Shown: positions 49,284-63,628 of the stretch, one piece after another
How positions within the stretch are numbered: position 1 is the first letter of the stretch
Layout of the letters: each line of letters opens with the position of its first letter
Assembly (NCBI GenBank): GCA_008632985.1
Contig: QPGO01000032.1
Location: forward strand, 369,330-433,329
DNA length: 64,000 bases
Source of the DNA: Psammoneis japonica
Taxonomy: Eukaryota
Reading direction: 5' to 3'
Translations under genes and position numbers: made by a program
The notes under the pieces: generated by a model
The model's input: only the letters and a program-made list of their open reading frames with translations
Told to the model about the DNA's origin: nothing
Database searches by the model: none

Positions 49284-52200
49284 TTACAGCTGATGGCGAT
49301 TCCCGGACCTACGGAGAACAGGAGGTGTCAACGATGGACATCCAATGTCAGCCGTCAAGGGCGGGAAGTGGTCATTGCCGTCATGCGTCGTTTCATGGTG
49401 TCGAGTTTGTGGATGTGATGGAAGAAAATCAATAGCGTCGGGTTCAGTCATTTCCGGTAAATATCTGTTGCGGCTCGTTGGCTGTTTGACCTTGCTCTCG
49501 TCGAAATGCGTCTCTTCCTGGTGTGCGGCTTGAGGATGTGATGGGAGACAATCATTATGGTTGGGTTCGGTCATTTCCGGTAATCTTCTGTTGAGGCTTG
49601 TTCTCGGTTCGACCTCGCTCTCATTGATTGTATCTAGAGCGCGTCCTACATATGGAGAGAAGCGATGGTCGGTAACATCATGGTCAGATGGTGCCGCGTT
49701 ATTGGAAGGTGCTTGCCTGCTCTGATATTGTCTACCGCCATAACTAGACTTCCGTTGAATTCTACCACTCAGATTGCGGCTGCTTGTAAGAGGAATTATG
49801 CTGGTCTGGCGATACCTCAGTGGTGAAGGAGGAAAGAACACTGTCTCTTGCATTGTGTTGCCGTCACTATCCGTCGTCAACCTGATAACGGCAAGCGATT
49901 CGTCGTCTTCTTCATCATCATGCACACCATAATATATACTCGCTCTTGATGAGTACCTGTGCAAGTCAAAACTGGTGGGATCGTCGACGTCATCGCCAGT
50001 CTGCAGGAGAATACGGTAACGTTGTAGCCATGGGAACAGCGCAGTGACAAAAAGCAGTCTCCAGCAGGAGCCTGCTCTGTTTCCGAAACGCTCGCCATGG
50101 CGAAGCTTCATCAAGTACATTGTGCCTAACAGTTCAATGTACGGATGCCGATGGGCCTCTTGGACAATAACATCGGTCAAAAAGAGTGATGGATAAGCAT
50201 CCAGATCCAAATTGCCGAGCTTGCCGACACCAGGTGCGAGGAAGTTTGTGTCAAGTCGACCGACATAGAGAGCTGCTCCTCCTACCAACCGCAACATGCG
50301 AACAAAAACGAAAGCCACCGTCAGTGCAAAGTTTGTACATTCTGTGACTACAACTGCGATGTTGGAAGGCGCAGGCCGGGTGCGATAAAATCCTCTCCAG
50401 TAATTCCTTCGATAAAGGATGAGAAAGATTTGTCGAACGGATATAGTAACCACGATGCCTGGCGAAGCAACATGATAGGGATTAAAAGAGAAGCCCGGGA
50501 AAGGAAACGTGCAAGCAATTACTAAAATGGATGAGGTAGCTCACCTACTACAATTGCAATGAATCCCAGAGCAAGATGCCGGGTAACCTGAGGTTGAAAT
50601 CAAGGTAAGTTGTATGCGGGCTTTGGTAGCAGCAGAAAGAACGTTTAGAGTTTGATGAGAATCGACTTACTTGCCAAAGGCAAAAAAAGAGGAGAATACC
50701 AAACAGGCCACCAAACAGTAGGGAACTGAAAAGAACACCCCAAAACATCGAACCGGACAAAACTGTAATGTGTTGCACCTTTAATCGGTGTCGAAGAAAC
50801 CTCTGGTCCCTTAACGATGGAATGAGACCGCTTCGTAGTTTTATGATAGTCGACGCAACCGATGGCGCATAGACAAGCGCAGTAGCCATTGCCGTCACCG
50901 TGGCGATTATTGTTCCAACTATGAATGGCCACGTGAGCCTGGACAGAAGACGGAAAGAAATTGAGGAGACGTCGTTGGCGAAAGATCTATCTTGCAGCCG
51001 TTTCAAAAGCACTTACATGTACGTCTCTTCGGGATATAAGCTGTTGACTGAATCTGCAACTGCGTTGGCAATCACCATGGCAAGTTCCGCAGTATTTTGG
51101 TCCCGACCAAGAGCTGCATCTACTGTAAGATTCAAATCCTCCAACAGTGATGTGACGTTGTCAGAAGGTAACAGAGAACCGCCAGAATTCGAAACCGCGG
51201 ATGCAATGAGCTCAGCGGAACGCTGGTCTACGGCGTCAAGAAACTGCTCCGTAACTTCAGGCCCTACCCAGGTGTTAAAAAGCGAAAAGAAGTATGTTGC
51301 ATTTCCACTTTCAATCAAAGTTTGGTAGTCATACTCTTGATTGATACGGCTTGTAATGAGAACGCCAAAGACTAAGATGATAGCCGCGACCTACGAAAGA
51401 GAAGTACAAAAGATTGAATCAGTCAGTTAGTCTCACAGAAGAAGAGACAAGGCAATTGGCGAGCGTGCAATCCTTTCTTACTATGAACTGAGTGAAGTTG
51501 CTAGCCAAGAACCGCCCCGAGAAACTAATACCCTCTTTCTCTGCAAGGTCTTTTGAATAGATCTTCTTGTACGTCCAACGGAACCCACCGGCTCTCGTGC
51601 AATCTTCTTCTGTCTTGGCAAAATTGATCAACGCTTGACCAAAGAACGAGTCCACGACATTTTCGTCGTCGAAGTGTTGGACAACGTTCAAGGCATTAGC
51701 ACCCATCAATGATACCTTCTCGGCGGTTGCCTTTTTCAGTTGAGCTTCCGCACGGACGTTGCTTGGGTATGGAAAGAACTTCAAGTCCTGGATTGACGGA
51801 ATCGCTAGACCGATCAAGTGAAAAAGGTGGATGATCATGGTCATTGTACCCAGCGCAAATGACGTTGCGCTGAGAAAACTACCGCCGATCCCATCACCAC
51901 CGGTACGCTGTTCAGGTGGGATTAGCAGTGGGAGATAGGTGAAGCAACCAACTGCGATAAGGCCAATTAAAGAACGGGAAGGTTTCTTTGCACTGACGCC
52001 ATTCCCCATGCTTCCTATGCCCATAAAGAGCAATCCATACACACTAACCAATCATAATGTTAGAGTCCGCAATAAGGTTGCGAAGGGTGGCACACAATGC
52101 ATTCATGGACGTACCTCAGCGATAGAAATCGAAGCAGCCATACTACGACACTGGAAATGACGGTGCACGCAAAGGCGTCAGCGTTACTGCCGATAGTGGT

Positions 52201-53336
52201 GCGGGCCTCGTACGAAGGGCACTTCTCATAGTGGAAACGAAACTGCCAGTCTGCATTCAGTTGCGGAGAGAAAAGCAGCTGTCAGAAGAGACTTGTTTGT
52301 TAAAAAGAACTGCAACTCCACGTCAAATAATACTCACAATAGGTGAAATAGCTCATAATAAACGTGGCCCACAGGCAAATAACCAGTCCTTTACTCTTGT
52401 ACGTCTGAGCAACGAAGTCAATCGCAGAAAGAGTCACCAGACGATTGAGCCCTTCTTTTTCCACCGGTGCTGGTTGAGCTTGCTCCAAATCAAACTCTTT
52501 AGAGTCTACCGTCGGTTCTGTCATATCTTCGCGCTCTAACAGCGTGTGCTCAATCAATGGGACACCTTCATCCCCCGAAGCAAACACATCATCAAAGTTA
52601 GTGGACGTTTTGCTTTCATTATGGAAGTTGTACAGTTTGACGTCGCTTGTCAGTCCTCTCGCTAGCGTTTCAACGCAAAATGTTGCACCTTCCTCCCCAT
52701 TGGTCGCAGCTAGTATCATTTCCTTAATCAGTGCTTCGTTCGAAGCCAAATCCCGTTCATCGTACAATGTGAACATGAGCTTTAGCAAGTCTTCGGTCAG
52801 TAGCTTTGGCTCGGCGTCACCTGTTATATCATGTAAAATCATGTTTGTTACCTGCTGCAAGAGATTCTCGGGCGGATGTACGAAATCTTCCTTGGCAACA
52901 GACTTCAACATATCATTCCGAGACGTTGCCTTCAGCAGGGTAGGGATGAAGAGCACGGCAACCATTTCCATCAAGTCTATGCAGTCCTCATCACCGCCCC
53001 CCAATCCACGCAAAACGGTTGTTTGAACTTGCTCTTCCGTAACCGATATGCCATATCTTGAGGACAAAAGCGGACAATATCAATATCTGTGCGAAAATGA
53101 ATAGAGCTAAAAAGTGAGAATGTGCATTCCGCATTCCGAAAAAGCGATAGTGCCGTTCTCGTCTCACCTCGAATTGAACAATCTTGTCGAATTTCCTGTG
53201 CATCTGTTTGGTGTAGAGCAGAGATGTATTCTAACTCTTTTAAGTCTGCGGCCGCACCGATTGGGCGATCAAATTTAAGCGACATGGCAAAGCAGCTAAT
53301 GAATGTCCACAATAATGCCATCTCTTGAATCATCAT
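49284..53336 (-). CDS. Multi-exon polytopic membrane protein, possibly STRA6/RBP-receptor-like; start uncertain
   Basis: Series of minus-strand exons with GT-AG junctions and many TM segments; C-terminal VGRLD..L..G....D.Y...L....EAHRHP and RAGSCWRLLF..ALFPWL. Confidence 0.65.
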
Positions 53337-53757
53337 CTGCGATTGGTAGAGAATAGTTCGTTAGCAATTTCTTCAAAATGAGCAAGCACGAACGCGAACG
53401 CGGATAAAAAAATCGAAACCCAAAACGCGGCAGAGGGACTGATTTGGTAGCGGATTATGACGATGCTGTCTTATTGAAGGGCTATTAAGGTCTTTGTTTC
53501 ACGACTCAACCTACATACGGCAGGTCTTTTCACCCATGTTCGGTCCACGTCATTTTCGCATCGCACGACCGCAACCTAAACGAACCCGCGTTTATGGCAA
53601 CTTCAAAGTACTGGCAACATAAGCAGCAACAACAATAACAAGTACCATACTCTCTCAGAGCATCATTGGTCGCAACAACGCAAGAAAAAGCGCAACCTTC
53701 TTTTCACTCTGACCGACAACACAACTGGCAAGTTTAAGCATTGATAAGGCCACAAAC

Positions 53758-56392
53758 ATGAGCGGAGTTGACGACTCTGGAAGAGTGAAGCGGAGGATGG
53801 ACAGCGGAATCCCTCTCTCGCTCCGAGTCGTCCCCGTACAAGCCAGAACCGTGGTCCCGACGATTCGATCCCGATATCACGAGGTATTGACGATGGGATG
53901 CCTTCTCTTCCGCCTCCTACATCAAGAAGTTATGACCCAAGCCCACAAGAAGTATCGAAAGAAGAAGACTCCACGAGACTTGCCAACGACGTTGATCAAG
54001 ACATGGTGTTGTCAACGCAAGGAGACCATCTCCCAGAAGAAGAAGATATTGAGAGCAACGAAATTGTAGATGAGAAGGCTCAACAACCCATCAAGATCGG
54101 AAATCGATTCACCCGACGAACGAAGATCATGTTCGCCGCATTGCTATTGCTGGTTGTCGCAGTTGCAGTGGTTGTTCCGGTGTTGTTAATCGGGAACGAT
54201 GATGATACTAGTGATCCTGCGCCCGCCCCGACCGATTTGCCTGGTAATACCAGCACTTTAGACCCTTCCCTCCTGGAACTGATCCTCCAGGCACCGATCC
54301 TCCAGGCACTGATCCTCCAGGAACCGCCCCGCCGACCAGTTCTCCAGGATTCGTCGTACCGAATTCAGTGACTGCCCTCGACGAAAACCTCCTCCGGCTT
54401 GCTGTAACCTCAGCAAGACTCTGCGTGGATGTCAATCAGAACAATACAGAGGAGCTTCAGCCCACGGCGGCGGTATTTACAGATGAACCTGACAAGTCAA
54501 TGGTGGTTCAGGTAGAGAATGTCTGCTTTGGCGTATTCCGTGCTACAAGTGGCACTACTAATGACTGGCTTCAAAATCTGAATCAAAGGCTAGCAAACAA
54601 TGTGTGCTCCAACTTGACGGGTGAATGCTGTACGTCTTTTGTTGGATATCGTAATGGTTACACCACGTCTTTTCAGACGGAGTTTGAGGAGGCTATGTAT
54701 CAATGCAAAGATAACTGCCCGGACTGCGAAGTTGTTTTGACGGGTACGTCATCTGTTGGTTTCTGAATTGCCTTCTCGCCCATATTTTCCTCGTACTCTT
54801 AGCGACTGTGTGATCTTGTTTCAGGAACTAGTCAAGGAGCAGCAGTTGCGCACGTGGCCGCCGTGTTCTTGGACGATCTGGACCCGGCAGTTTTAAACTT
54901 TGGACAGCCACGAACCCTTGAAGCTCCCTGCAATCCTATTAATCGCAGTCGCATGTTTCGTTTCATCAATACGATCGTCTTTGAAGACCAACTCCTATAC
55001 GATAGTGTTCCCTTTCTGGCTTCCCGTGGAAATCCAGTACACATGGGCCATCTCTTTGTGCTTGGAGAGGACATTCAAAACCTTGCGTATTTTCCTGACG
55101 GAGAGGCGCCAAACGTAGGATTTGGGGACATTGCTATAAGAAACGTTGCCGACGCTCACCTTTTGGTGCATTACTTAGCACGTCTTGAGACTCTTTGGAA
55201 CTCAAGTACACTGCCCGTGTCAATAGATGGATTTGCAATTGGAGAAAAATGCACACGCGGTAGTGAGTGCGTCGCACCTCAAATTTGTGGATTTGGTGTA
55301 TGTACAGAGGGAAACAATGGAGATCCATGTTCAACCGATGAACACTGCTTAGCCGGAGTCTGTGTCGAGGCCCAGTGTGCCGAGGAAGACACCGGGGCTA
55401 TGTCTGACACTTTTTTTGTACCGTCCATGATTACCGAGCTTGACTTTGATTTCTTGTCATTGAGCCTCCAGGCTGCTAATTTGAGCGTTGCCTTGGCGGC
55501 TGAAGACACTGAAGCTCTGCTCCCAGATGCTTCTGTTTTTCTTGACGAACCTGACGAGGCGCTCGTTATGAAGCAAAACAATACCTGCTTTGTTGTCTTT
55601 AGAGGTACCACCCCGTCTTTGGATGACTGGCGCCAAAACCTCGACCCAGGCACTGCTATGGACGTTTGTTCCACCACTGGAAAATGCTGTACCACTCGGG
55701 CCGGGTTCAGAGACGCATACGTGAACACTACTTACCGTGCCAGTCTTGAGGCCGCCGCCCGTCAGTGTGTGCAAGATTGTCCCGAGTGTGAAGTAGTATT
55801 CACAGGGCCCTCTCAAGGTGGGGCTGTTGCGCTGGTCGCAGCCATCTTTATGGATGACTTGAAGCCCAGCCTGATTACGCATGGACAGCCACCTGCGGTA
55901 GAAGCGCCCTGCGATGTGCTTGACACAAGCCGATACTATCGCTTTGTCAACACTGTCGTAAGGAACGACGATCTTAGATTCGACCCTGTTCCATTCTTGC
56001 ATGACGCCTTTGGCAATACCGATGACTTTGGGCATTTAATAATCATGGGAGAGGACCTGGAAAACGTTGCATATTATCCTGATGGCGGTGAGTATCCAGA
56101 TATCGGGTTGACAGACTTCGCCATCCAGTCCCTTCTTGAAGTGCATCTCCCCTTCAGATATAGGGACAGACTATTAAGCATTGCCGCCGAAGGGAAATTT
56201 CCGCTACAGATTGGAGGTTGGGCAATCTCTCAAAAGTGCAGCTTGGGCAGTCAATGTGTTTCGCCGAATATATGCGGAAGGGGGCAATGCACGGAGGGGG
56301 CCGTCGGCGACCCATGCGGAAACGACGAGGACTGCGTGTTTTCAAGCTGTGGTTTCTTTCGTAACGAGTGTTTCCGTAATGATGAACCCTGA
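53758..56392 (+). CDS. Membrane-anchored tandem class-3 lipase (two alpha/beta-hydrolase domains with Cys-rich linkers); intron 54744-54824; apparent frameshifts at ~53780 and ~54270
   Basis: TM FAALLLLVVAVAVVVPVLL; VFRAT..DWLQNL and VFRGT..DWRQNL; GTSQG and GPSQG elbows; DSVP/DPVP; His motifs. Confidence 0.8.
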
Positions 56393-59300
56393 AGATATCA
56401 TTTTAAACGTTGGCTTTATACTGTCCTGCTAGTAAAGCATCTTGCTAGTTTGATTCCGAGCAATCAAGCTGTTTTCCAATGCTCGCCTTCCGTTCCTTCC
56501 TTGACCTGAAACACTTTAGGTGTGGAGAGACCTGCCTACAGACACCCCACAATCACCTATGAAGTATTGCAGTCCTTTGCATCCCATCATCTCCATCACA
56601 CATTCCCTCCCGACAGCAAACAAACACCATCATCATCGTCGCTGTTGGGTTGGTGCGTCCGGTGGATCAGGACTGCCCACAATCAGATCAAAATGCTGTC
56701 AATGCTCTGGCAGTGATGAGCTTCCCCACTTGGGTGATGTTTCGTAGCAAGCGGAATAGATGGAGATGGAGTTGGCCTCCAATCCACAAAGAAAGAAGTC
56801 CCCATGTTCACATGTGAAGCTGGCAATGCTGGTGCAGTGAAAGCAAAGAACAAGGGCATTTCTTGATTCTGCCACCTGATCCTGGGCAAAAATTGCTCTG
56901 CCACTGGAAGGCTCAGCTGCTCACAGGCTGGTGGGTGCTGCTGTTGCATTTGCCAACAACACAGAGCAGTGGTGCTTGGGGGGGGGGGATCAAACAACTC
57001 TTGTGGCTGGCTGGATGCCGTGCACCTCATTGAACAGAGAACAGCATTTGTGGGACTGTCAACGGCAAGAACTCCAAGCCTGTGAAGCTTGTGCCTGTTG
57101 CCTTTGAGTTTTAACTGGCTTTGTGATTGCGTTCTTGAGGGCTGTCATTTTTCCACTCTAAAAGGGCTTGTGCAGGAGCTTGCAGGGCCACACACACAGC
57201 ATGCAGAAAAATGCGACATTGTGGAGTGCAGAATGAGCAAATTGAGCAAGTCATCAAAGACACTTGAGTGCAAGATGCCAGACAGCAAGCAGTGGTGACC
57301 AGGGACACAAACACACAGTTGAATGAGGAGGGTCATGTGGTGCAATGCTGGCAGTGCATCATGGCTCAATTTTGCTTTTTTCAGCCATGCAAATGCTCAA
57401 AGTGAGTTTTTACACAACAACCCTCATGATCAATCAAAAGTTGGGTGGGAAGTGCCAAACTCCACATCTGGTGCAGTGGCACAATGCATGGCATGACACG
57501 AAGGTGCAACAGACTGCTGCAAACAAAGAAAGTGGCCAAGGAGGCTGATCATCATAATCTGCACACAACTGTGCCAACAAAGGCTGTGCAGCTGGCTGCT
57601 GGCTTTTTTAAGCACCAAAAGTTCATCTGGCAAGCACAGACATTGTGAGAAAGAAAGCCGTGCCACCAGTTTGCACAAAAAAAAGCTTGGATTGCATCAG
57701 AAGTCATGCAGCATTGCAAACTGTCATTTCCCATGGGTGCTTCTTGAGCACAGAGGTGTGCACAGTGCAGCACAGTGCAAACAGCTGCACCAAGTTGTGG
57801 CTCTGTGTGTGACAAAGTGGCTGGTGGCTGAGGCAGTGCAACCAAGCAACAGAGCATGCAATGTGCTGGGTGCAGCAATGGCAGTGCTGCTGCTGTTCAG
57901 CCATGTGCTGCCAATTTGAGCAATGCACTGCTGGCTGCTTGAGCTTCTCTTGCATCCACCAAAGAAGCCACCAGCAAGTGCCTCATCTCATGCTTGAGTT
58001 GCCAATGTCATGCAGCCAGCTGCTCTGACTTTGACCAGCATCGCTCAGCCTTCAAAAGCAAGTTGCGAGTTTGGCTGTGATGGCACATGTGTGGTGCAAA
58101 AAGTGGCCAATGCAAGGCACTGGGGATGCAACCACCATTGCTCCAGCCAAAATGTTGAGCTTGGTGTGTTGCAAGACTTCCAGCACCTTGCTTGGTTGTC
58201 CTCCACAGACTTGATCACTCAACAGCAGCGGTTGTGCATGTGCTTGTTACAACAGACATTTGATGCACACAAAGTTGAAGAAGCAAATTCAAAAAACTTG
58301 CTTCTTTGAGCATTTGGTGGGAGAACCTGGAAGAAGAAGAACAGAAACTCTTGCAGGAGGGCATGAGAGCTCAAACATGTGGCATTGCACTCAGAACATG
58401 GAAAGAAAAATGAAAAGTGCATTGTGCACACCAAAAAAGAAGAAGAGCAAGGTCAAAGCTGCTGCTTCAAGCCCAAAAATGCCCTGCACTCCAGTGCCAA
58501 CATGGTGCTTTCAATTGACTCTCAACCTCAAGCCCCAGCAGTGCTCAAAGCAGAGCTGACAATCATGCTGTGAGGCAAAAGATGCTGGCACAAGGCTCGT
58601 GCTGGTTTGCATTGGAGATTCTGGCTGTGGACGCAAGAGAGAAAGATTGGTGCACTCAGAAACTGCCACAATTGTCAGTGGTTGTTGGACAAGGTTCCCA
58701 CACCAAAGCCATTGCTGCAAGTGTTGCAAAGCCAGAAAAGAAGACAGAAAAAACAAACTTGGCATGCAGAACAACAGAATTTGTTTGCTGTGGCAGCAGA
58801 GGCAATGGGGCATGTTTTGCAACTTGTTTTGGCGAGGTCTTGGCACCAAGGTCAGTCAGGCACCTGTGACAAGCCTGCCTGGGGGTTGGTGCAACCCCAG
58901 GTTCTGCACTTTGCTTCCAGTTTGTAAAAGTCAAAAACTTGGTGCAATGCATTGCAACAGCCCATGGGGGCTGCAAATGAGATCCAAGGATGGTCTGGTG
59001 GCACGTCAGGTGGTGACAATGTTTCAAGGTCTGGCCACATGCTGTGCAGTGTCATGGAGCTGTTCTTTGGCAATGCTCAGATTTCTTGAGGTCACAACTT
59101 AAGTTCTGTGATTTGTGACAACAAGAAGTTGGTTGCCATTTTCTCTCTTTTCTGGGCTTGTCTTGTGTGCTGAAGTGCAAGACATTTGCTTGGCAGGCAC
59201 ACAACTTGTCACATTTTGTTGCTGTCATGCAGACACAGACCCAACCATCTGCACATTTGCCAGCAGCCTGCACAGTGCAGCTGCCTCCACAGCACTCCAG

Positions 59301-61310
59301 CATGGCATCAGAGCACCAAATTGCTGGTGTCCTGCAACAGAGGAGCATCAAAGCTTTCACTGCTGCATGGCTGCAGCACCCCACTCATCATGTTGCCAGC
59401 ATGGCTGGAATTTCAACAAAGCCAGAAAATTTTGCTGAAGGCAACTGATGGCTGACTCTGTCATTGTTGTGCTGCATTTCAGGTGGTGTGTTGTGGGGCA
59501 TCACTGCTCTGGGTCCCTCCCCAGGGTTGGCAATGTTTTTGGCAGCACTTGATGCATGGCACATGCTGGGCTGCAGGGAAGTCTCTGCAAATGTGTTGAG
59601 AAAGGCACTGCCATCTTGTCTGTCATGCATGCACACACTTGTGCAGAGCAACTGACTTGTCCACATGGACGAGCAACTCATGCAAAATGAACACCTCCGT
59701 TGATGCAGCACACATCCATTCTGTGACTGCAGCTGCCCAGTTGCCACATGCACAAGCCTTCTCCAGGCTGGATTGTTGAAATTTGAGTTCAGGGTCACAA
59801 CTTCACAGACAACAGAGAGCTGTTGAAAGTCATGTCTTTCAAAAAACAATCTGTTGTGACTCATGTCTTTTGACAATGATCTGTTGTGAGCCATGTCTTT
59901 CAACAACAAAAAACACATCAAATGCCATGACAGTCACATGTGAAAAAAAAAGGGTCAACCAAATTCAAGCTGGCACTGCACAATGCTGCAAACAGCCTTG
60001 AAGTGAGAATGCATTTTTCTGCATGCCACGACAAAATGTCCAGAGAGGCAAGTGAAGTTTTGATGTGAGTGTTGAGAGCATTTTGACAAGGCCAAGTCCA
60101 GCTCTTGAGTTTTTGTGGCTGTGTGAGTCACGGGGTTTGGTGTGCCAACCTTTTTGTCTCAATGCAGCAACCCTTGTTTCCAATTGCAAGCTGTCCTGTG
60201 GGCACTTTTTTCAGAAGCTTCTTCTTGCAGAACATTGCAGAGTGCCACACTTGGAGGCCTTGGCCAGCCCTCTCATCCATGTTGCAAACTGGTTCTCATG
60301 AATTGATGTGATGAGTTTGCAAGTCAAACCAGTTTTGCTGGACTTGTGTGAGCATGGCAGCATTCTTTCTTTTGTTGCAGTGGGTGCTTGGGCTTGTTCA
60401 TCCAGCAGCAGATGCTGCAGAAATGACAAAAACAGGTGCTGCATCATGAGTGGTGTGAGTCCACTCTTCTGGCGCCAAGCCATTTTCTGCTTCTTTGTGA
60501 ACTCACATTTGCTTGCTTGCCATGTTTTCACAGGCATCAAAAACAGCCAATGGGGGCATCTCATTTGTGCAAATTTTCAAGAAGTTGAGAGATGTTGCCA
60601 AAATTGCATGAGTCCAAGCAGGCATCTTTCAGGTCAACCTGGAGCTTTTCAATCTCAGTCATTTGCAGGTTGTCATGAGACATTTGATGGCGAACTTTGG
60701 GAGGACAGGATCAGCACATCTTCTTGAGTTTGCTGGACATTTCCATCTGGGGCAGACTTCTTTTCAAAAATGACAAAATGCAGCAGAGCCCAAAACCCTG
60801 CTGGAGCCTGGAGCACATGACTGGCTGAAACTTCAGCCCCCACAAGCACTGTTCTCTCATGGGATGCAAGTGACAGCAACCAAGTTGTTGGAGGCAGGCC
60901 CCAGTTTTGTGGGGCTCATGGCACCTGCGCAGCTTCCAAAACATTTCTTGTGGGGCTGGGATGCACCTCTGTTGATGGACACTCTGCTCACATGCATTTC
61001 AGTTGCAAGGCTTCTGCACTGCAGAGAGTGAGAGTTTGTTCAAGCTCTTCATGTGCTGGAACTTGTGCCATGCATGTTGTCATGCAACAGCTCCTGTGTG
61101 GTGATGCACATTGGAAATTGGATTGACATCTTCACAACTCAACAACACAGCTCTTTTCACAGTTGATGCAACTTTCAACAGACTTTTCACAAAGGCCGCA
61201 AGCACGCACCACCAAATGCCATGCCACCCAAGCCAAAGCTCAGCACAATGATGGCAGCACACAGCACACCCCACTGAAACATCATCTGGCATCTGTTGCA
61301 GTGTTGCTCA

Positions 61311-61358
61311 CAACAACAACAACAACAGCAACAACAGCAACAACAACAACAACAACAA
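61311..61358 (+). repeat. (CAA)n microsatellite
   Basis: Direct reading. Confidence 0.95.
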
Positions 61359-63112
61359 AATTGCTCCAAAGCTGCTGAGCTGCTCCACTGCCAAAGTCCT
61401 CAACAAGAGCCAAAAGCACTGTGCCACTCTTTTGTCAAACTCAAGCCAACCAAGCAACTCTTTTGGTTGTGGCAGCACCAACAAGGTGGTGATTGCAGCA
61501 GTGTTTGACTTTTGTGCTGCTGCATGGCTGCAACTCAACCTCAAACACAACAGTGATGGCACCCCTCCCTCATGCTCAAATTCCTTGCTCTTGACTGGCA
61601 CCCAATGTGGCTTGCAACAGCTGCACCCTTCATGGAGCAACAGCAGTTTGCAAGCTTGTTGGGCACTGCAAAGTGCAAAAGATGAGCTGGCAGGATCCAC
61701 AGCCACAGCCCTCATGTTGACAGAGCTTGTGGCAAGCTTGCTGCATGTTGCCCATTTCATGGCATGAAATGCAAAAAAACGAATGTGCTGGCATGGAAGG
61801 GGTTGTGTTAATTTGTGCAGTGCTGGCAGAGCATGGGTGGCACCATCATCTGGACACTGGTGTCAGGTGTCGGAAATGATGACATCTGGTCTCTGCACTT
61901 GTTTTCACATGCTGGTGGCAGGTGATGATCATGAGCCCCTGGGCACCTTGTTGTCCCTCTGAGAATGTCTGTCCCTGAAATGAAGTGGTCAGATTCTAAA
62001 GAGGGCTGTGGCTTGCAGAAGCCTTTTTGGATGATGACAATGAGGCCATTGTTGTGTGCTCACAACATTGTCTGGTGGCCCCTCTTGCTTGGCACTTTCC
62101 AGATTGTGGGCATGCTTTGGAGTGGGAAGACACCTTTCTCAAACAAATGCTCTCCTTTTGAGGCAAGAGGAGCAATGGCCTCCATTCAGCACAAGCTCTG
62201 TGACATGTTTGCAGCCCTCTGCAGTTTGGAGCTCTGCAGCACATTTTTGCAGTGCTCAGCTTCCAAAAAACAGGCAATGGAGTCACTGGCACAAATCCCC
62301 CCTTCAACAAAGTTTCTTGTTGGTGTCCATGGAGATCTTGTGTCCCTTGAACAAAGTTTGTGGAAGCTCCTGATGTGCAAGATCTTTCCTCTGCCATTCT
62401 TTGGCACGTGCTTGTTGAGGGCTGCTTTGATGCCTGGTGTGGGGCAACCCCTGACTGTTTGGACACAGATGCTGCATGCACAGCTGTTGTTTCTTCTGGA
62501 GCTGCCAACAGCGTGTGTTGCAACATTTCATTCATCTTCTGTGCTCATGAGCAGCAAAAAGGAGCAAAAACAAGTCAAAGCTTGCTCTGAAACAACACTG
62601 AAATCTGCCTGGCAGGCCATCAATTTTGAAGCTGACTTTCAAAATGTGTGGATCATCCAGAGCATTTGAGCTTGGATTGTGCATCACCACATTGAAGGTC
62701 AGAATTTTGGCTGCCTCTTGCTGTGCCCAACCTCGCGCACAATTTTTGGATGGAGAGCTGTGTCTTTTGCACTCTTGCAAATGGCAAGCAAGACAAACCA
62801 GCTGTGCTGTGGGCTGCAGCAGTTGTCAAACAAAGGCCGCTGCATTTTCAAAGAAATGGAGTGCAAAAAGGATGGCAAGGAAGGGAGAGGAGAAGGCACT
62901 CAAAGAAAATCATTCAAAGGAGATCTCCTGCAATAGAGCAGGCTTGCCATGTGTTGGAAAACCAAGTTGCTGGAGAGGCTGCAAAGCAACAGATTTCAGC
63001 ACCTGTGAAAATTGTTCTGCATCACATGGGGAACATTTCATGATGATGATGACGTCACATTTGACAATGACAGTTAGTTGATGATGGCAGCAGGTTCTCT
63101 GGGATGCTTTAA

Positions 63113-63628
63113 GGCTGGATCGATGTTTAGCGGCATTTTTTTAAATAGCTCGTGATTTTATAATTTTCTCGTACTTCGCCCGTGTTATTTTGCGATGCCT
63201 CTGAGCACCCCCAAACACTTATGATATGTGTGTGTCTAGCCCCCATCAGGGCTGTTAGACCTTTATATGAACTACACTTATCAACCTTCAAACGCCAATT
63301 ATCGAATTGGGTGCGGTTGTTATATTCGACAAACCGCTGTTTTTCGCCAAAATCGGACTATTAATGGTAGATAAGCCGTAACTTTCCAGGAAAGGCCGAT
63401 AATTGGCGTTTGACTGGCTATAGACATATCTACGGTCGTTATTCTAGAGATCCCGAACCTTGATATTCATTGTCAATGCATTCTATGATGTCTTACAAAC
63501 GGACAAAGTTCGACCTGTCGCTGAATTTTTTTTTGGCGAACGCGCGCATTAATAGTACGAAAAATCCGGGTTATTTTTAAACATTTACGAGCTCTAAATA
63601 AAATCGACCGCTAAACATCGATCCATCC
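63113..63628. mobile_element. Non-autonomous DNA transposon (MITE), 516 bp, with 21-bp TIRs and TTAA on both flanks
   Basis: GGCTGGATCGATGTTTAGCGG (63113-63133) vs CCGCTAAACATCGATCCATCC (63608-63628), 1 mismatch; TTAA at 63109-63112 and 63629-63632; weaker subterminal inverted similarity. Confidence 0.85.

Noticed and set aside
59655..59680. Minus-strand LVHVDK as a mutated reverse-transcriptase YVDD motif
   Set aside because: No other RT motifs could be recognised nearby; too short to support
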